NCBI GenBank assembly: GCA_965204745.1
Contig: OZ242010.1
Location: 5,376,001 to 5,440,000 of the forward strand
Reading direction: 5' to 3'
DNA length: 64,000 nt
Origin: Candidatus Latescibacterota bacterium
GTDB taxonomy: Bacteria > Latescibacterota > UBA2968
Shown here: piece by piece, positions 31,284 through 42,053 of the stretch
Numbering within the stretch: position 1 is the stretch's first letter
How the letters are laid out: every line of letters starts with the position of its first letter
Made by a program: the position numbers and the translations under genes
Notes under the pieces: generated by a model
The model's database searches: none
What the model saw: the letters and a program-made list of their open reading frames with translations, nothing else
What the model was told of the DNA's origin: nothing

Positions 31284-31719
31284 CGCCTCGCCTTTGGGCC
31301 GGGTCGAGGCGGGACAACTGACCACTGACTAGGTTCTGTTGACATTTAGGAGCAAAGCAACTGGCTTGAGCGGTTTATCGAGAAAATCAAGCCCTATCGC
31401 AGAATATGCTCTCGGTTTGAGAAACTGGAATAGTCGCTCCTTATCGGGACCTACCCCCCTGGCCCCCCTTCCTACAAGGAAGGGGGGGAACTGTGAGCGG
31501 TTTTGCGAGGGGATTGATGAGGGATATTTAATCGCTTTATGCCCTCGCAAAACGCCATCAGAGCAACCAGAGCGAGAAGCCATCAAAGGAACTTTACTCC
31601 CCTTTCCTCGTAGGCACAGGCGTAGCCTACAATGAGCGAAGCGAATAACGGGGCCGGGGGATAGGTCCCCTCGCGCCTCGCCTTTGGGCCGGGTCGAGGC
31701 GGGGCAACTGACAACTGAC
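31284..31719. mobile_element. Composite of a family B remnant (31330-31428) and a family A element (31446-31669), flanked by 46-bp direct repeats
   Basis: CGCCTCGCCTTTGGGCCGGGTCGAGGCGGG(A/G)CAACTGAC(C/A)ACTGAC at 31284-31329 and 31674-31719. Confidence 0.75.
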
Positions 31720-31720
31720 A

Positions 31721-31838
31721 ACTGCCTCTCACACCCCTTTTGTGTCTTCTGTGCTTTTTGTGGCTATTCCCACTGCCTCTCACACCCTTTTGTGTCTTCT
31801 GTGCTTTTTGTGGCTATCCCCACTGCCTCTCACACCCC
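31721..31838. repeat. About 50-bp tandem repeat (2.3 copies)
   Basis: ACTGCCTCTCACACCCCTTTTGTGTCTTCTGTGCTTTTTGTGGCTAT; the reverse complement resembles the AGCCACAAAAGGCACA motif at 28.8 kb. Confidence 0.85.
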
Positions 31839-33548
31839 CCGCGACATAGACAGCCCTTCTTGCTCGCGCCACAAAAACAGCACATGGCGCGACTTCCGCA
31901 AATAGCGTTCGTAATGCTTGTTAAAATCCCGCCGCCTGCCATTGGGCGTCTTGCCATTGGGCCGCGCATTGCATTTGCCCCGCGCCTGCGTGATGCTCCG
32001 GCTGCCATTTTGCACGGCTATCGTCATCACGCGGTGCGTTTCATGCTCCGGCGTCGTCACTTGCATCGACCAGATCGACGTCCGCCCATTTTTGCAGTTG
32101 TTCGCGTACGAGCCGACGCAGTGGTGCATCTTCCGGCCTTCGTCGGACAATTCCTTGGCTGTCACCAACTCGGTAATGGTCCAGCGATCCCTTGCGTTTC
32201 CATACCCGTCCGTTTCCGTCCAATCCAGCGCGTTGAATCCCGAAGGCGCCCACACCTTTGCGGGCAAGCGATTCTGCCGCGCCAACTGCCGGTGCCACAT
32301 CTCGACCTGCCGCAACAACTTGACCATGCTGCGGCCCTTAATCGAAAAATTCGGTTGCTCTGGGGGCAACCGCACGATTTCGCCATTGACCACTTCCTCT
32401 CGCGGTGCGTACTTCTGATTGTGAATATAATCCACAATCGGGCCGACCTCGTCCGGGTCGAGCATGGGATTGTTCACAAAAAAATGCACCACCTTGCACC
32501 AGAAAGACTCGCGATCAAAAGACGCCCCCAAGCGCGTGTTGTTCACAGCACGCACCAAGGGATCTTCCCCGCCAAGCCCGAGAATTTGCCCGCGCCGAAA
32601 CGCCTCGTAAATCGCGTAATCAGCAGGCGACTGCAAAAACAAATGGGCCATCTTCTTCGTCAGGGTCAGCGGAATATCGGCCTTGCGGATATTGCCCCCA
32701 GTGCCCACATGGACAAACCATCCCTGTTGCTGTCGCGCCTCAGCTTCCCCGCTGAGAAACCACGCGATGTCCATAAACCCGGGCACCTCGTATTTCGCCA
32801 ACAAATGTCGCGCCAAGGCCGCAAATTGCTTGCGCGCATTGTGCGACTCGGGCCGCCACGCAATCGGATCGCGCAACCAATGCTCGTGCCAGCGCGCCAG
32901 TTCGCCCAAGGCTTCGATATGCGTATTGCCATCTTGCGGCCCCAAGCGCGCCATCGCGGGTTTGACGTCAAAGAACCGCCCGTGTTTTTCCACATGCAAC
33001 AATAAGTGCAACAAGGCGCGCCGACCCTTGCGATCCCTGCCCATCCGATCAAACGCGCGCTGAATTTTTTGCAAATGCGGGCGATTCAACGCCCCTTCCG
33101 GCAACGTGCCGTCACAGATCGCCCGAATCGTCTCTTGGGGCCGCCGCGTGTGATTTTTCATTTTCGCCAACACGGCATCGCTCTTCAGGCGTTCGGCCAA
33201 ATCGCGTTCTTTTTTGCGTTGCGCCGCGCTTTTATGCGTGCCCGCGCTCAACCCATGCGCGTTGCACCACGCCGCGTAATCCGCGACCGTTTTCAACCCC
33301 AACTCTCGGATGTGTTGCAAGAGTTCCCGCTCGGTCAATTCCGCATCTATGGCCCGCTCGGCAATCGTCCGCTCGCGCCGCCGCGCTTGCCATCCCTTGT
33401 TCAACGCCCGATTCAACCCGTGATCCCGGCACCACGTTTGATATTGCGCCACCCCCGTCAACCCGAGCGACCGAATATGCGCGGTCAAATCCGCATTTGC
33501 CTTGCCCGCGGCGCCTCGATGCCGTCTCTTTTTGCGCTTTGTCGCCAT
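31830..33548 (-). CDS. PcfJ-like domain protein
   Basis: C-terminal L..EG..M.HCVGSY...SIWS....ITQARG..N motif. Confidence 0.8.
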   Translation of the reverse strand: MATKRKKRRHRGAAGKANADLTAHIRSLGLTGVAQYQTWCRDHGLNRALNKGWQARRRERTIAERAIDAELTERELLQHIRELGLKTVADYAAWCNAHGLSAGTHKSAAQRKKERDLAERLKSDAVLAKMKNHTRRPQETIRAICDGTLPEGALNRPHLQKIQRAFDRMGRDRKGRRALLHLLLHVEKHGRFFDVKPAMARLGPQDGNTHIEALGELARWHEHWLRDPIAWRPESHNARKQFAALARHLLAKYEVPGFMDIAWFLSGEAEARQQQGWFVHVGTGGNIRKADIPLTLTKKMAHLFLQSPADYAIYEAFRRGQILGLGGEDPLVRAVNNTRLGASFDRESFWCKVVHFFVNNPMLDPDEVGPIVDYIHNQKYAPREEVVNGEIVRLPPEQPNFSIKGRSMVKLLRQVEMWHRQLARQNRLPAKVWAPSGFNALDWTETDGYGNARDRWTITELVTAKELSDEGRKMHHCVGSYANNCKNGRTSIWSMQVTTPEHETHRVMTIAVQNGSRSITQARGKCNARPNGKTPNGRRRDFNKHYERYLRKSRHVLFLWREQEGLSMSRGV

Positions 33549-33694
33549 GAAATCCCCCTGCGCTTGTCGAGTCTATTTTACACTTGTTGGGATGCACCAG
33601 ACGGCAAAAATGCGAATGGACAAAAAAATCAGTAGTCAGTGGTCAGTGGTCAGTAGTCAGTCCGCCCCGCAACCCCAAACCCGTACAAACAGCT

Positions 33695-35254
33695 TCAGTG
33701 GGAATAGTCAGGCAAAGAAATCTCGATCAGCGTTGGGCCATCCGCTTGCAATGCCTGTTCGAGCGCGTCGCCAAATTCTCGCGCACACGTCACGCGCACC
33801 CCCGCCATGCCAAAACTCTGTGCGAACATCACAAAATCCGGATTCGCCAGTTGCACCGCAATATGCCGCCCCCCGCATTCTCGGTCCTGTGCGCGTTTGA
33901 TTGCGGTGTACGCATTGTCATTGCACAAAATAATGGGCAGGGACACGCCTTGTTGCACCGCGGTTGAAAGTTCTGTTGCCGTGTACATAAACCCGCCGTC
34001 GCCGCACAGGGACACCACCTGCTTGTGTGGACACGCGATCTTCGCGCCCACGGCCGCGGGCATGGAAAATCCCAGCGTCCCAAAAACCGTTGGCGACAGA
34101 AATGTGCGCGGGTGATATACCGGAAAAATCCTGCGCGCCTGATAGCTGATCATCGTCATGTCATTTACGACCACCGCATCCCGGTCCAGCACGTCCCGCA
34201 AGATGCCCAACAATTCGGGAAAAGGGCCATGAGTCCCGGAATCGGACGCCGCGTCCTCACGCGGCACGGGCAGACGCCACGCGGTTTGCACCCCCTCCAA
34301 CCGTGCGTGCAATGCCTGCAACCCCGCGCCTGCATCGCCGATCAGCGCGACATCCGGCGCAAATGACCGCCCGATCACAGCCGGATCGATATCCAGGTGA
34401 ATGAGTTTTTCCAGCGCGCCTTTCCACAGTTGCCCAAATCGAAACCCCAAGCGCGTGCCCACCGCGATCACCACATCGGCCTCCTTCAAACACTGCGTCA
34501 TCGCCACATCGCGCACCAGCGCGGGATGATCCGCGGGGATCGCGCCCTGTCCATTGACCGTAATCCCCACGGGCATGCCGAGGTTCTCCGCCAGCGCGAC
34601 CACCTCAGCACTCGCATTTTGCGCGCCACCGCCAGCGATCAGCATGGGTTTGCGCGCCGATTGAATCAGCGCGGCGGCGGCATCGAGCGCGGACGCATCG
34701 GGCACTTGCGGCGGGCGATGCGCGGGTTCGGCAATCTCGACCTCTGCCTCTGCCGCGAACACATCGAGTGGGACTTCCAGAATATAGGGGCGCGGTCGCC
34801 CGTACTTCATCGCCTCGAATCCCTCCGCCAAGGCTTTGGGGATCTCCGCCACGCAGGACACGCGCCGCCCCTGCCCGGTCACGGAAAACAACGTGCCAAA
34901 TTGGTCGCGCATATCGTGCAATACCCCGGCATCTGTCCCGTTTGTCTCATCGGTTGGGCCGCTGCATATCAGCAACACGGGCGACGATTCCGCCCGTGCC
35001 TCGCCGATAGGGGTCAGCGCGTTCACCGCGGCCGGCCCGGTCGTGGTCAACGCCACGCCCACGCGCCCAGAGGCCCGCGCATACCCATCGGCCATAAAAC
35101 CCGCGCCTTGCTCGTGTCGCGTGGTCACATGGCGAATGCGCGGATGACCGTACAGTGCATCGTAAAGTGCGAGGGTGTGAACTCCCGGAATGCCAAACAC
35201 CACATCCACGCCCCATGCATCCAGCGTCTCAACCACAGCTCGACCGCCAGTCAT
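33695..35254 (-). CDS. Thiamine pyrophosphate-dependent enzyme (acetolactate synthase-like / decarboxylase)
   Basis: FGIPG, RHEQGAGFMADGYAR and GDGG...N TPP-binding motifs. Confidence 0.92.
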   Translation of the reverse strand: MTGGRAVVETLDAWGVDVVFGIPGVHTLALYDALYGHPRIRHVTTRHEQGAGFMADGYARASGRVGVALTTTGPAAVNALTPIGEARAESSPVLLICSGPTDETNGTDAGVLHDMRDQFGTLFSVTGQGRRVSCVAEIPKALAEGFEAMKYGRPRPYILEVPLDVFAAEAEVEIAEPAHRPPQVPDASALDAAAALIQSARKPMLIAGGGAQNASAEVVALAENLGMPVGITVNGQGAIPADHPALVRDVAMTQCLKEADVVIAVGTRLGFRFGQLWKGALEKLIHLDIDPAVIGRSFAPDVALIGDAGAGLQALHARLEGVQTAWRLPVPREDAASDSGTHGPFPELLGILRDVLDRDAVVVNDMTMISYQARRIFPVYHPRTFLSPTVFGTLGFSMPAAVGAKIACPHKQVVSLCGDGGFMYTATELSTAVQQGVSLPIILCNDNAYTAIKRAQDRECGGRHIAVQLANPDFVMFAQSFGMAGVRVTCAREFGDALEQALQADGPTLIEISLPDYSH

Positions 35255-35429
35255 AACGCCATCCTTTCGCTCCAGTTTGTGAAAAGTCAATATACATCCA
35301 AAAATGCCGGACATCAGATCCATTTTTACGGCCTTGCCAATCCTCTGGCAACGCGCTATTTTAATATTCGTCAAACAAAAAACTCGAAGCGAGACTCATC
35401 GGTCGGTTCAGCCTAAAAAGGTCGGTTCT

Positions 35430-37931
35430 ATGCCCCGCAAGCGTCGAAGTAAAAAGACCGGTTCCCGCAAGCGCGACAATAAAAACGCCAACCCAATGCC
35501 CCCAAAGCGTCCGTTTCCCACCTTGTGGTTGCTACTCTTCTTGAGCTGTTTAGCGATCTGCATGCAGTACGTCACGATGACAAAATTCTCGGTCTTACCA
35601 CCTGCTGGCACCTTCGTCACCCTGTCTGCCTTTGTACAGGTCATTGAACAAAAGATCGCATTTGAGAAGATCGACATCGCGTTGCTCGTCCTATTCCTCG
35701 CGACCTGTGCATTGCTCTTGTGGAAAGAGAGGCGCGGGCAGGTGCTCACCGATTTTCTAAAGGACTTATTCGCCAGCGAGCGCAAACCCGTGTACCTGCT
35801 CTTGGGCTGTTCGCTGATATGCGTCCGTTTTTACTTTGCCCCCGGCGCAATGCACTGGGGCGCAGACGCCTCTCACCACATCGCCCAATCCTATCTCGCG
35901 GCCAGAACCATCGCGGACGGTCAGTGGCCCATCTATACGTTCTTCATGGGCAATGGATCGCCCTACCTGCAAAATTACGGCTTTGCCTTCTTTTGTCTCG
36001 TTGGCTTTGTCGAGCTCATTTGTCGGGATTTATTTTTTTCACTGAAATTGGTCATGGCGGGCACACACATCATTTCCGGCATCGGCATGTACTTCTTTGT
36101 CGGCAACCTGTGTCAATCGCGTCGCGCCGGGTTTATCGCGGGGCTGGGCTATGTGCTTTGTTTTTGGCACACGCAACAGGTGCTCATCATGGGCCGCTTG
36201 CCCCTGTCCCTGTTTTACGCCCTCCTGCCTTGGCCCTTCTATGCTGTCGAAAGCATGATCCGCTCGCCCTACAAGATGCGCGCGGCTTTGATAGGAGGCG
36301 CGTCTCTCGCCCTCCTGAATTTCACGCACCCGGGCTACGGTACGTATGCGATGCTATTTTGGGGATGCTACTGTATCGGCCGCTTGTGGTCATTATGGGG
36401 CCGTGCAGACCTTGGGGCACTCCTCCGCGCAGGGGTGTTGTGCATGGGCTTGGGCGTCTTTTTCAGTGCGTACATGAACGCGGGAATGTATTTCGAGCTC
36501 GAGCACACCGAGATGGCCGACTTTCGCCTCGGCTTAAAAGGCGTAGCAGACGAGGGAATGTCAGGCGTTCCCGACCCCACTTGGCGACACTTGCTCGGCT
36601 GGTCAAACTACCGCTTTTGGCTACTTCCGCCCGAGCCTTACCACTGGTACGGCGGGTATTTGGGCCTGTCTTTGTGCGCGTTGGCCTTGGCCGGGATCGC
36701 GCTTTTCCGGCGCGACAAGCCGCGGCACTTCGCGCCCGGTTGGCTGTGTCTCGCGCTGGTCGTGCTGATCGTCTTCGCTTACCGGTTGCCGCCCTTCAAC
36801 ATGCTATCCCTCATCCAAGCCTCAAACGCCGCGCGCTACTTGCTCTTTCTCGCGTTCTTTCTCGCCCTATCTGCGGGCATTGGCACGCGCCTGCTCTTGC
36901 GACACCGTCCTTGGAGGCTCTCGCGCAATCGCTGTTTTACCCTCCTCTTGCTCCTCTTGTTGATCGATCTCTTCCCCACCACCTTCTTGCATGCTTATAT
37001 ACGGCCCCGCGACCGATCTTCGGATACATTTACGAATATTTGGAAGGCGTCCGCACCCTTCACAGCGCGGGGCGAATTGCCCAATTACCGCGTGCAGTGG
37101 GTTGACAAAGACAACTTCTCTTACTACCGCATGGCATCCCCGCTTTTTATGAGCGAGACCCCGATATCCGAGGCATTCCACCCCGCGGAACTCCGCACCC
37201 GCGGCGCATTTGTCGCTCCCTTCCTCCACTTCGCACGCGATCAGGCCCCCGCTTTAACCGCAGAGCCCAACCGACTTTTCACCGACAAACTGCTGACCGC
37301 GGGTTTGTACCTGCTCAATACGCGCTACGTGGTCTTGTCCTCTAAAAACACGGGATTTGAGCTTTCCCTACCCCACAGTCCGATCACTGTCTCCTCGCGC
37401 TTGGTCGGCTATGACGCCGAGGCCGCCGCCGAGCGTGCGGGACAAATCCGCGCAGACCTGCAAGTTGACAGCCTGCGCGCGCGTTCCATTTCGCAAGTCA
37501 GGTGGCTCATTGAGCAGATGGGGGTTCGTTTTCAGGACAATTCCTGCGAACGCATTTTCGTTCGAGACCATGAAGGGAGCGACCTACAAACAACGCCCAC
37601 GGCGCAGGTCGTCTCTCACGTCGTCGGCCACAAAGAAGTCAAAATGAAGGTGTCGGTCTCCGAAAATTGCTATGCGCGGTTGTCTTACGCGTACTTCCCC
37701 TATCTACACATCACTGTAGATGGAACGCCCGTGCAACCCCTGGAAACAGCGGGTCACTTCATCGCATTGCCCCTTGACGCGGGCGAACGCGATATTGTAA
37801 TCCAAGCGCGGCTTTCCCCGTTGCGGAAAAACCTGCTCTATCTCAAGTTGATCCTACTATCAATCGCTCTGGGCCTGGTCTTCATAGAACACAAGCGCGT
37901 CAACTCCCCTAACCCCGTTACTGATCACTGA
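35430..37931 (+). CDS. Polytopic membrane protein, GT-C-like (YfhO / PTPS-related membrane family)
   Basis: Many TM helices; WGADASHH, G.PYLQNY and YGGYLG motifs; C-terminal SYAYFP...VDG soluble domain. Confidence 0.7.
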   Translation: MPRKRRSKKTGSRKRDNKNANPMPPKRPFPTLWLLLFLSCLAICMQYVTMTKFSVLPPAGTFVTLSAFVQVIEQKIAFEKIDIALLVLFLATCALLLWKERRGQVLTDFLKDLFASERKPVYLLLGCSLICVRFYFAPGAMHWGADASHHIAQSYLAARTIADGQWPIYTFFMGNGSPYLQNYGFAFFCLVGFVELICRDLFFSLKLVMAGTHIISGIGMYFFVGNLCQSRRAGFIAGLGYVLCFWHTQQVLIMGRLPLSLFYALLPWPFYAVESMIRSPYKMRAALIGGASLALLNFTHPGYGTYAMLFWGCYCIGRLWSLWGRADLGALLRAGVLCMGLGVFFSAYMNAGMYFELEHTEMADFRLGLKGVADEGMSGVPDPTWRHLLGWSNYRFWLLPPEPYHWYGGYLGLSLCALALAGIALFRRDKPRHFAPGWLCLALVVLIVFAYRLPPFNMLSLIQASNAARYLLFLAFFLALSAGIGTRLLLRHRPWRLSRNRCFTLLLLLLLIDLFPTTFLHAYIRPRDRSSDTFTNIWKASAPFTARGELPNYRVQWVDKDNFSYYRMASPLFMSETPISEAFHPAELRTRGAFVAPFLHFARDQAPALTAEPNRLFTDKLLTAGLYLLNTRYVVLSSKNTGFELSLPHSPITVSSRLVGYDAEAAAERAGQIRADLQVDSLRARSISQVRWLIEQMGVRFQDNSCERIFVRDHEGSDLQTTPTAQVVSHVVGHKEVKMKVSVSENCYARLSYAYFPYLHITVDGTPVQPLETAGHFIALPLDAGERDIVIQARLSPLRKNLLYLKLILLSIALGLVFIEHKRVNSPNPVTDH

Positions 37932-37950
37932 CCGGTAACCACTACTTATT

Positions 37951-38137
37951 GGGACCTACCCCCCTGGCCCCCCTTCCTGTGAGGAAGGGGGGAATGGCGA
38001 GAGGTTGTGCGAGGGGTTTGGGTTTCCAGGGCGTGATCTATTCGCTCAAAGCCATCAGAACAGCCAGGGAGACAAACCTTCAAAAAGCCATGCGCTCCCC
38101 CTTTCCTTGTAGGAAAGGGGGCCGGGGGGATAGGTCC
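37951..38137 (+). mobile_element. MITE/REP-doublet-like element, family A (copy without micro-insert)
   Basis: GGGACCTACCCCCCTGGCCCC...GGGGCCGGGGGGATAGGTCC with terminal hairpins. Confidence 0.8.
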
Positions 38138-38262
38138 TACGAGGAGGGGGAAGAACATCTCTCGTTGCGGAGAGGAGCCGAATGACTCGTCCATGTCTTT
38201 GGGCGATTGGTCTCGGCTTGCTTCCTACTCGCTTTCTACTCTTAATTCGCATCGGTAGAGAC

Positions 38263-39354
38263 ATGATAAACACCATCGTCATAGGCGGGGGGCAGGCGGG
38301 CGTTGTGCTGAGTTATTTTTTGCAACAACGCGGCGTTGAGCACCTCGTCTTGGAACGCGACCGGGCGTTTTCGGCATGGCACAAGTGCTGGGACAACTTT
38401 CGCCTAAACACCGCCAATTGGATGAACGCCTTGCCCGGCATGCGAGAACCGTTCGCGCCGCACAAGGCGTGGTACGACACGGCCACGCGAGACGAAGTGC
38501 TCAACTATTTCAGCGCGTACCTCCAAATGGTCGATCCGCCCATCAAAGAAGGTGCGACCGTGCTACGAGTCGTCGAAGGCAAAGAAAACTGGCATGTGCA
38601 TACGGATACCGAAATCTATCAAACGATCAATGTCGCCGTATGTACCGGGCACGCGGCCCAACCCTCTGTGCCGGAGGTGGCCCATCAACTGCCGCGCTCA
38701 ACTCCGCAACTGCATTCAGCGGCCTATCGCAACCCCGCGCAGATCAAAACCGCGAATGTGCTGATCGTGGGCAGCGGGAGTAGCGGGGTTCAAATTTGTC
38801 AAGACCTCGCGCAATCGGGTCAATTTGACCATCTCGCGTTCGCGCTCAGCGGCAACATGGTCATCCCGTGGTCCATTTTGGGCATTCCCATCGGCGTGTT
38901 TTCGCGCTTGCTCCCGGCATTTGAAATCCAGCGACAATCGTGGCTCGGTCGGCGCATTGCACGCCAATGGCACGGCGGCGAGCCTGCGATGGCGCCGTCC
39001 CCGCGATGGCTTTCAAAACGCTACGGCGTGCAGCGAGTTGGTCGCGTCACGGCCGTTGCCGAGCGCGGCATCGCCTGCGCCGATGGCGAGATCGTCAGTT
39101 TAGAAGATCGAACCGTCTTGTGGTGTACGGGTTTTAGGTCCGATTACAAATTCATTCGGCCGCGCCATCCCAAATCCGCATTTGACGAAAATGGGCCCAT
39201 TCACAACCGCGGCGTTGGCGTGCCCGGCCTGTTTTTCGTCGGCTTGAAGTTTCAGCACAGGGTCGGCTCTCACTTGTTGCACGGCGTTGGCCGAGACGCG
39301 GAATACGTCGCCTGCAAAATTGCGGAAAGGAAAACCGCATGTCTCCATCCATGA
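38263..39354 (+). CDS. Flavin-containing monooxygenase / CzcO-like oxidoreductase
   Basis: GGGQAG, QLHSAAYRNP, GSGSSG and WCTGF motifs. Confidence 0.88.
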   Translation: MINTIVIGGGQAGVVLSYFLQQRGVEHLVLERDRAFSAWHKCWDNFRLNTANWMNALPGMREPFAPHKAWYDTATRDEVLNYFSAYLQMVDPPIKEGATVLRVVEGKENWHVHTDTEIYQTINVAVCTGHAAQPSVPEVAHQLPRSTPQLHSAAYRNPAQIKTANVLIVGSGSSGVQICQDLAQSGQFDHLAFALSGNMVIPWSILGIPIGVFSRLLPAFEIQRQSWLGRRIARQWHGGEPAMAPSPRWLSKRYGVQRVGRVTAVAERGIACADGEIVSLEDRTVLWCTGFRSDYKFIRPRHPKSAFDENGPIHNRGVGVPGLFFVGLKFQHRVGSHLLHGVGRDAEYVACKIAERKTACLHP

Positions 39355-40400
39355 AGCGCGCGCCGTTGCGCGTCGGCCTGATAGGTTGCGGCGGCATCGT
39401 CCAAAAATCGCATCTGCCCGGCCTGCTCGAAATTCCCGATCTCGTAACCGTCTCGGCCATTGCCGATCCCATACCCGAAAACAGAAACCGCGTTGGCACA
39501 GCCGCAGACATTCCCTTGGCCCAACGCTACGAAGACCATCGCCACATGCTCGACCGCGCCAAACTCGACGCCGCGATCATCGCCACCCCGCATCACTTGC
39601 ACGCCGAACACGTCCTCCACGCGGCACATGCAGGCGTTGCCATCATCTCGGAAAAACCCATGGCAACCTCGCTTGAAGAAGCCGATCAGATTCTCGACAC
39701 GGTGAAAAAATGCGGCGCACCCTACGGCATCGTCCACAATTTTCTTTCCATGCCCGGCACGGTGGAAGCACTCCGAATCTTGCGCGGGGAAAACGCGGGC
39801 ACGCCCCAAACCGGACGCGCCCTTTCCCTGTTTGGCAAAACAGAAGATCAGGCGGACCCCAACGCGGTTTGGCGCGCATCCAAAGCAGCCGGTGGCGGTT
39901 GCCTCAGCGACAGCGCCTATCACGAAATCTATTTGATCGAAGCCATGATCGGTTCGCCCGTGCGCTATGTCGAAGCCCGCGTGCAAACCAAATTTTTCGC
40001 CTTTGATGTCGATGACGTGGCCTTCCTCCTCTTTGAACACGAAAATGGCGCCATCTCCACAGTCGCCACTTCTTGGGGCATGCCCATCGGCCGAGACGGC
40101 AACCTGTGCGAAGTCTATACCCGCACGCACGCCATCCGCATCGTCAGCCGCGGGCGCGAACTCTTTTGCATGGACAAATCCAATCGCAGATGGGAATCCG
40201 TCCCCCTCGGCCATGGCCTTGACGACGCGGCCCTGGCCCGCGCAGGACATGCCAACTATTTCGCCGCCACCTTCAAAGCACTCGCCAACGGCAACCCACC
40301 GCCGATCACCTGCGAACACGCCCGCCACAACCTCGCCATCATCCACGCCGCACACCGAGCGACCACCTCGCGCCGAGCAGTCGATGTGAAAGCCCTTTAG
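39339..40400 (+). CDS. Gfo/Idh/MocA oxidoreductase
   Basis: GLIGCGGI, IATP..H, EKP and GGG.L.D...H motifs. Confidence 0.92.
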   Translation: MSPSMKRAPLRVGLIGCGGIVQKSHLPGLLEIPDLVTVSAIADPIPENRNRVGTAADIPLAQRYEDHRHMLDRAKLDAAIIATPHHLHAEHVLHAAHAGVAIISEKPMATSLEEADQILDTVKKCGAPYGIVHNFLSMPGTVEALRILRGENAGTPQTGRALSLFGKTEDQADPNAVWRASKAAGGGCLSDSAYHEIYLIEAMIGSPVRYVEARVQTKFFAFDVDDVAFLLFEHENGAISTVATSWGMPIGRDGNLCEVYTRTHAIRIVSRGRELFCMDKSNRRWESVPLGHGLDDAALARAGHANYFAATFKALANGNPPPITCEHARHNLAIIHAAHRATTSRRAVDVKAL

Positions 40401-40593
40401 AACACGCGCAAGCGACGTTCGCAGATTCGTACATTGCATGTCGCGTACAACAGGTATCCATTCATCGACGGTAGAAAAAACAAAATATCCTTGATTAGAT
40501 AGAAGTATTGTATATTTTCATAACTGATCGCGGCTATCGCCAAAACCGATGAACAACCGCCACGCAAACCCATAACTCGAAAGGAACAGCGCT

Positions 40594-42006
40594 ATGGCAG
40601 ACAAACCCGTTTTGTTGACCGACGCCCAGATGCAGCAATTCATTCGGGAGGGGTATTTGATGCTCCATCCGGATTTTCCAGAGGGATTTCACGCGAAAGT
40701 CTATAAGCGCATCGACGAATCCTTTGGCAAGTCCGGTGGCAAAAACCCGGGCAACAACCTCCTCCCGGCCGTGCCAGAATTGCAAGACGTGTGGGATCAT
40801 CCCGTCGTTCACGGCGCGTTTTCCAGCATCCTCGGCCCGGATTACTATTTGCACCTGCACCGCCACGTTCACGAAAGTCGTCCGGGCAGTGCGGCGCGCG
40901 GCATGCACAAAGACAGCTTGCACAACAGCCGGTTCTGCGCGGATCACAATCGCCGCCATCACCACTGCCGCTGGATGATGGCGATGTATTATCCGCAGGA
41001 TACGCCCGACGAGATGGGCCCCACCAGCGTGATTCCAAAATCGCAATACATCACGGCCCGCGAACAGGACGGCGAGCATCTCTTCTCGTCCGGGCCAGCG
41101 GGCACGGTTGTGCTGATTCACTACGACATCTTGCACAAAAAAGAAGCCAACAACACGGACATCACGCGCCACATGGTCAAATTTCTGTTCACGCGCATGA
41201 CCGAACCCACCGAACCCACTTGGGATCACACAGATGAAACCTGGGTCGCGTCCGATGATCCGCAAGACCCTATCTGGCAGGCCATGTGGCACTGGCACTT
41301 GGGCAAAGCACCTAAACGCCTGGCAACCGGCGCGTCTGTCGAAACCCTGGCCGGCCGCCTTTCCCATGCGGACGAAGCCCTCGCGCTCAATGCGTCCTAC
41401 ACCTTGGGGTCGCGGGGCGAACGCGCCATACCCGCCTTGATCGACGCGCTCGCGGACGCGGAAAACGCGGATCGGCCCCGCAACGCGGGATATGGACTCG
41501 CCGCAGTTGGCGAACGCGCCGTCCCCGCATTGCTCAAACTCAGCCGCGATCCAAATCCCCAAATCCGCGCGCGCGCTGTCGATGTGCTCGGTGACTTGGG
41601 CTGGCGTGCCAAAATAGGTACGCCCGACCTCATCGCGCTGTTGCGAGACCCCGATGAAGACGTGCGCGCCCGCGTTGCCGAATCCCTGGGCACAGTGAGC
41701 CAAAACACTGCGGATGCCGTGCGCCCACTCGCGGCTATCCTGTCCACAGATGAGAGCGACTTCGTGCGCCGCAACGCGGCCCTCTCCCTCGCTCGCCTCG
41801 GCCCCCATGCCCAACCGGCCATTCCCGAATTGGCAGACGCCATGCGCGACAGCAACCACTACGTGCGCGGATTTGCCGTCCACGCCCTCTATCGCATTGG
41901 CACGGCCGAAGCACTCGGGGCCGCCCTGCAACGCCTGCAAACCCTGCGCTGGGACAGCGAACCCAGGGGTCAGGTGCAAAGACCCACCCCCATCAAGGCG
42001 GCGTAA
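40594..42006 (+). CDS. PhyH-like Fe/2OG dioxygenase fused to HEAT repeats
   Basis: F.REGY, HKD, GPT.VIP.S and HYDILH in the N-terminal half; VRARVAESLG-type HEAT repeats in the C-terminal half. Confidence 0.85.
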   Translation: MADKPVLLTDAQMQQFIREGYLMLHPDFPEGFHAKVYKRIDESFGKSGGKNPGNNLLPAVPELQDVWDHPVVHGAFSSILGPDYYLHLHRHVHESRPGSAARGMHKDSLHNSRFCADHNRRHHHCRWMMAMYYPQDTPDEMGPTSVIPKSQYITAREQDGEHLFSSGPAGTVVLIHYDILHKKEANNTDITRHMVKFLFTRMTEPTEPTWDHTDETWVASDDPQDPIWQAMWHWHLGKAPKRLATGASVETLAGRLSHADEALALNASYTLGSRGERAIPALIDALADAENADRPRNAGYGLAAVGERAVPALLKLSRDPNPQIRARAVDVLGDLGWRAKIGTPDLIALLRDPDEDVRARVAESLGTVSQNTADAVRPLAAILSTDESDFVRRNAALSLARLGPHAQPAIPELADAMRDSNHYVRGFAVHALYRIGTAEALGAALQRLQTLRWDSEPRGQVQRPTPIKAA

Positions 42007-42053
42007 CTGACTTGGATCTCCGTGCCCCAACACACTGTTTCCGGACTGGTATC

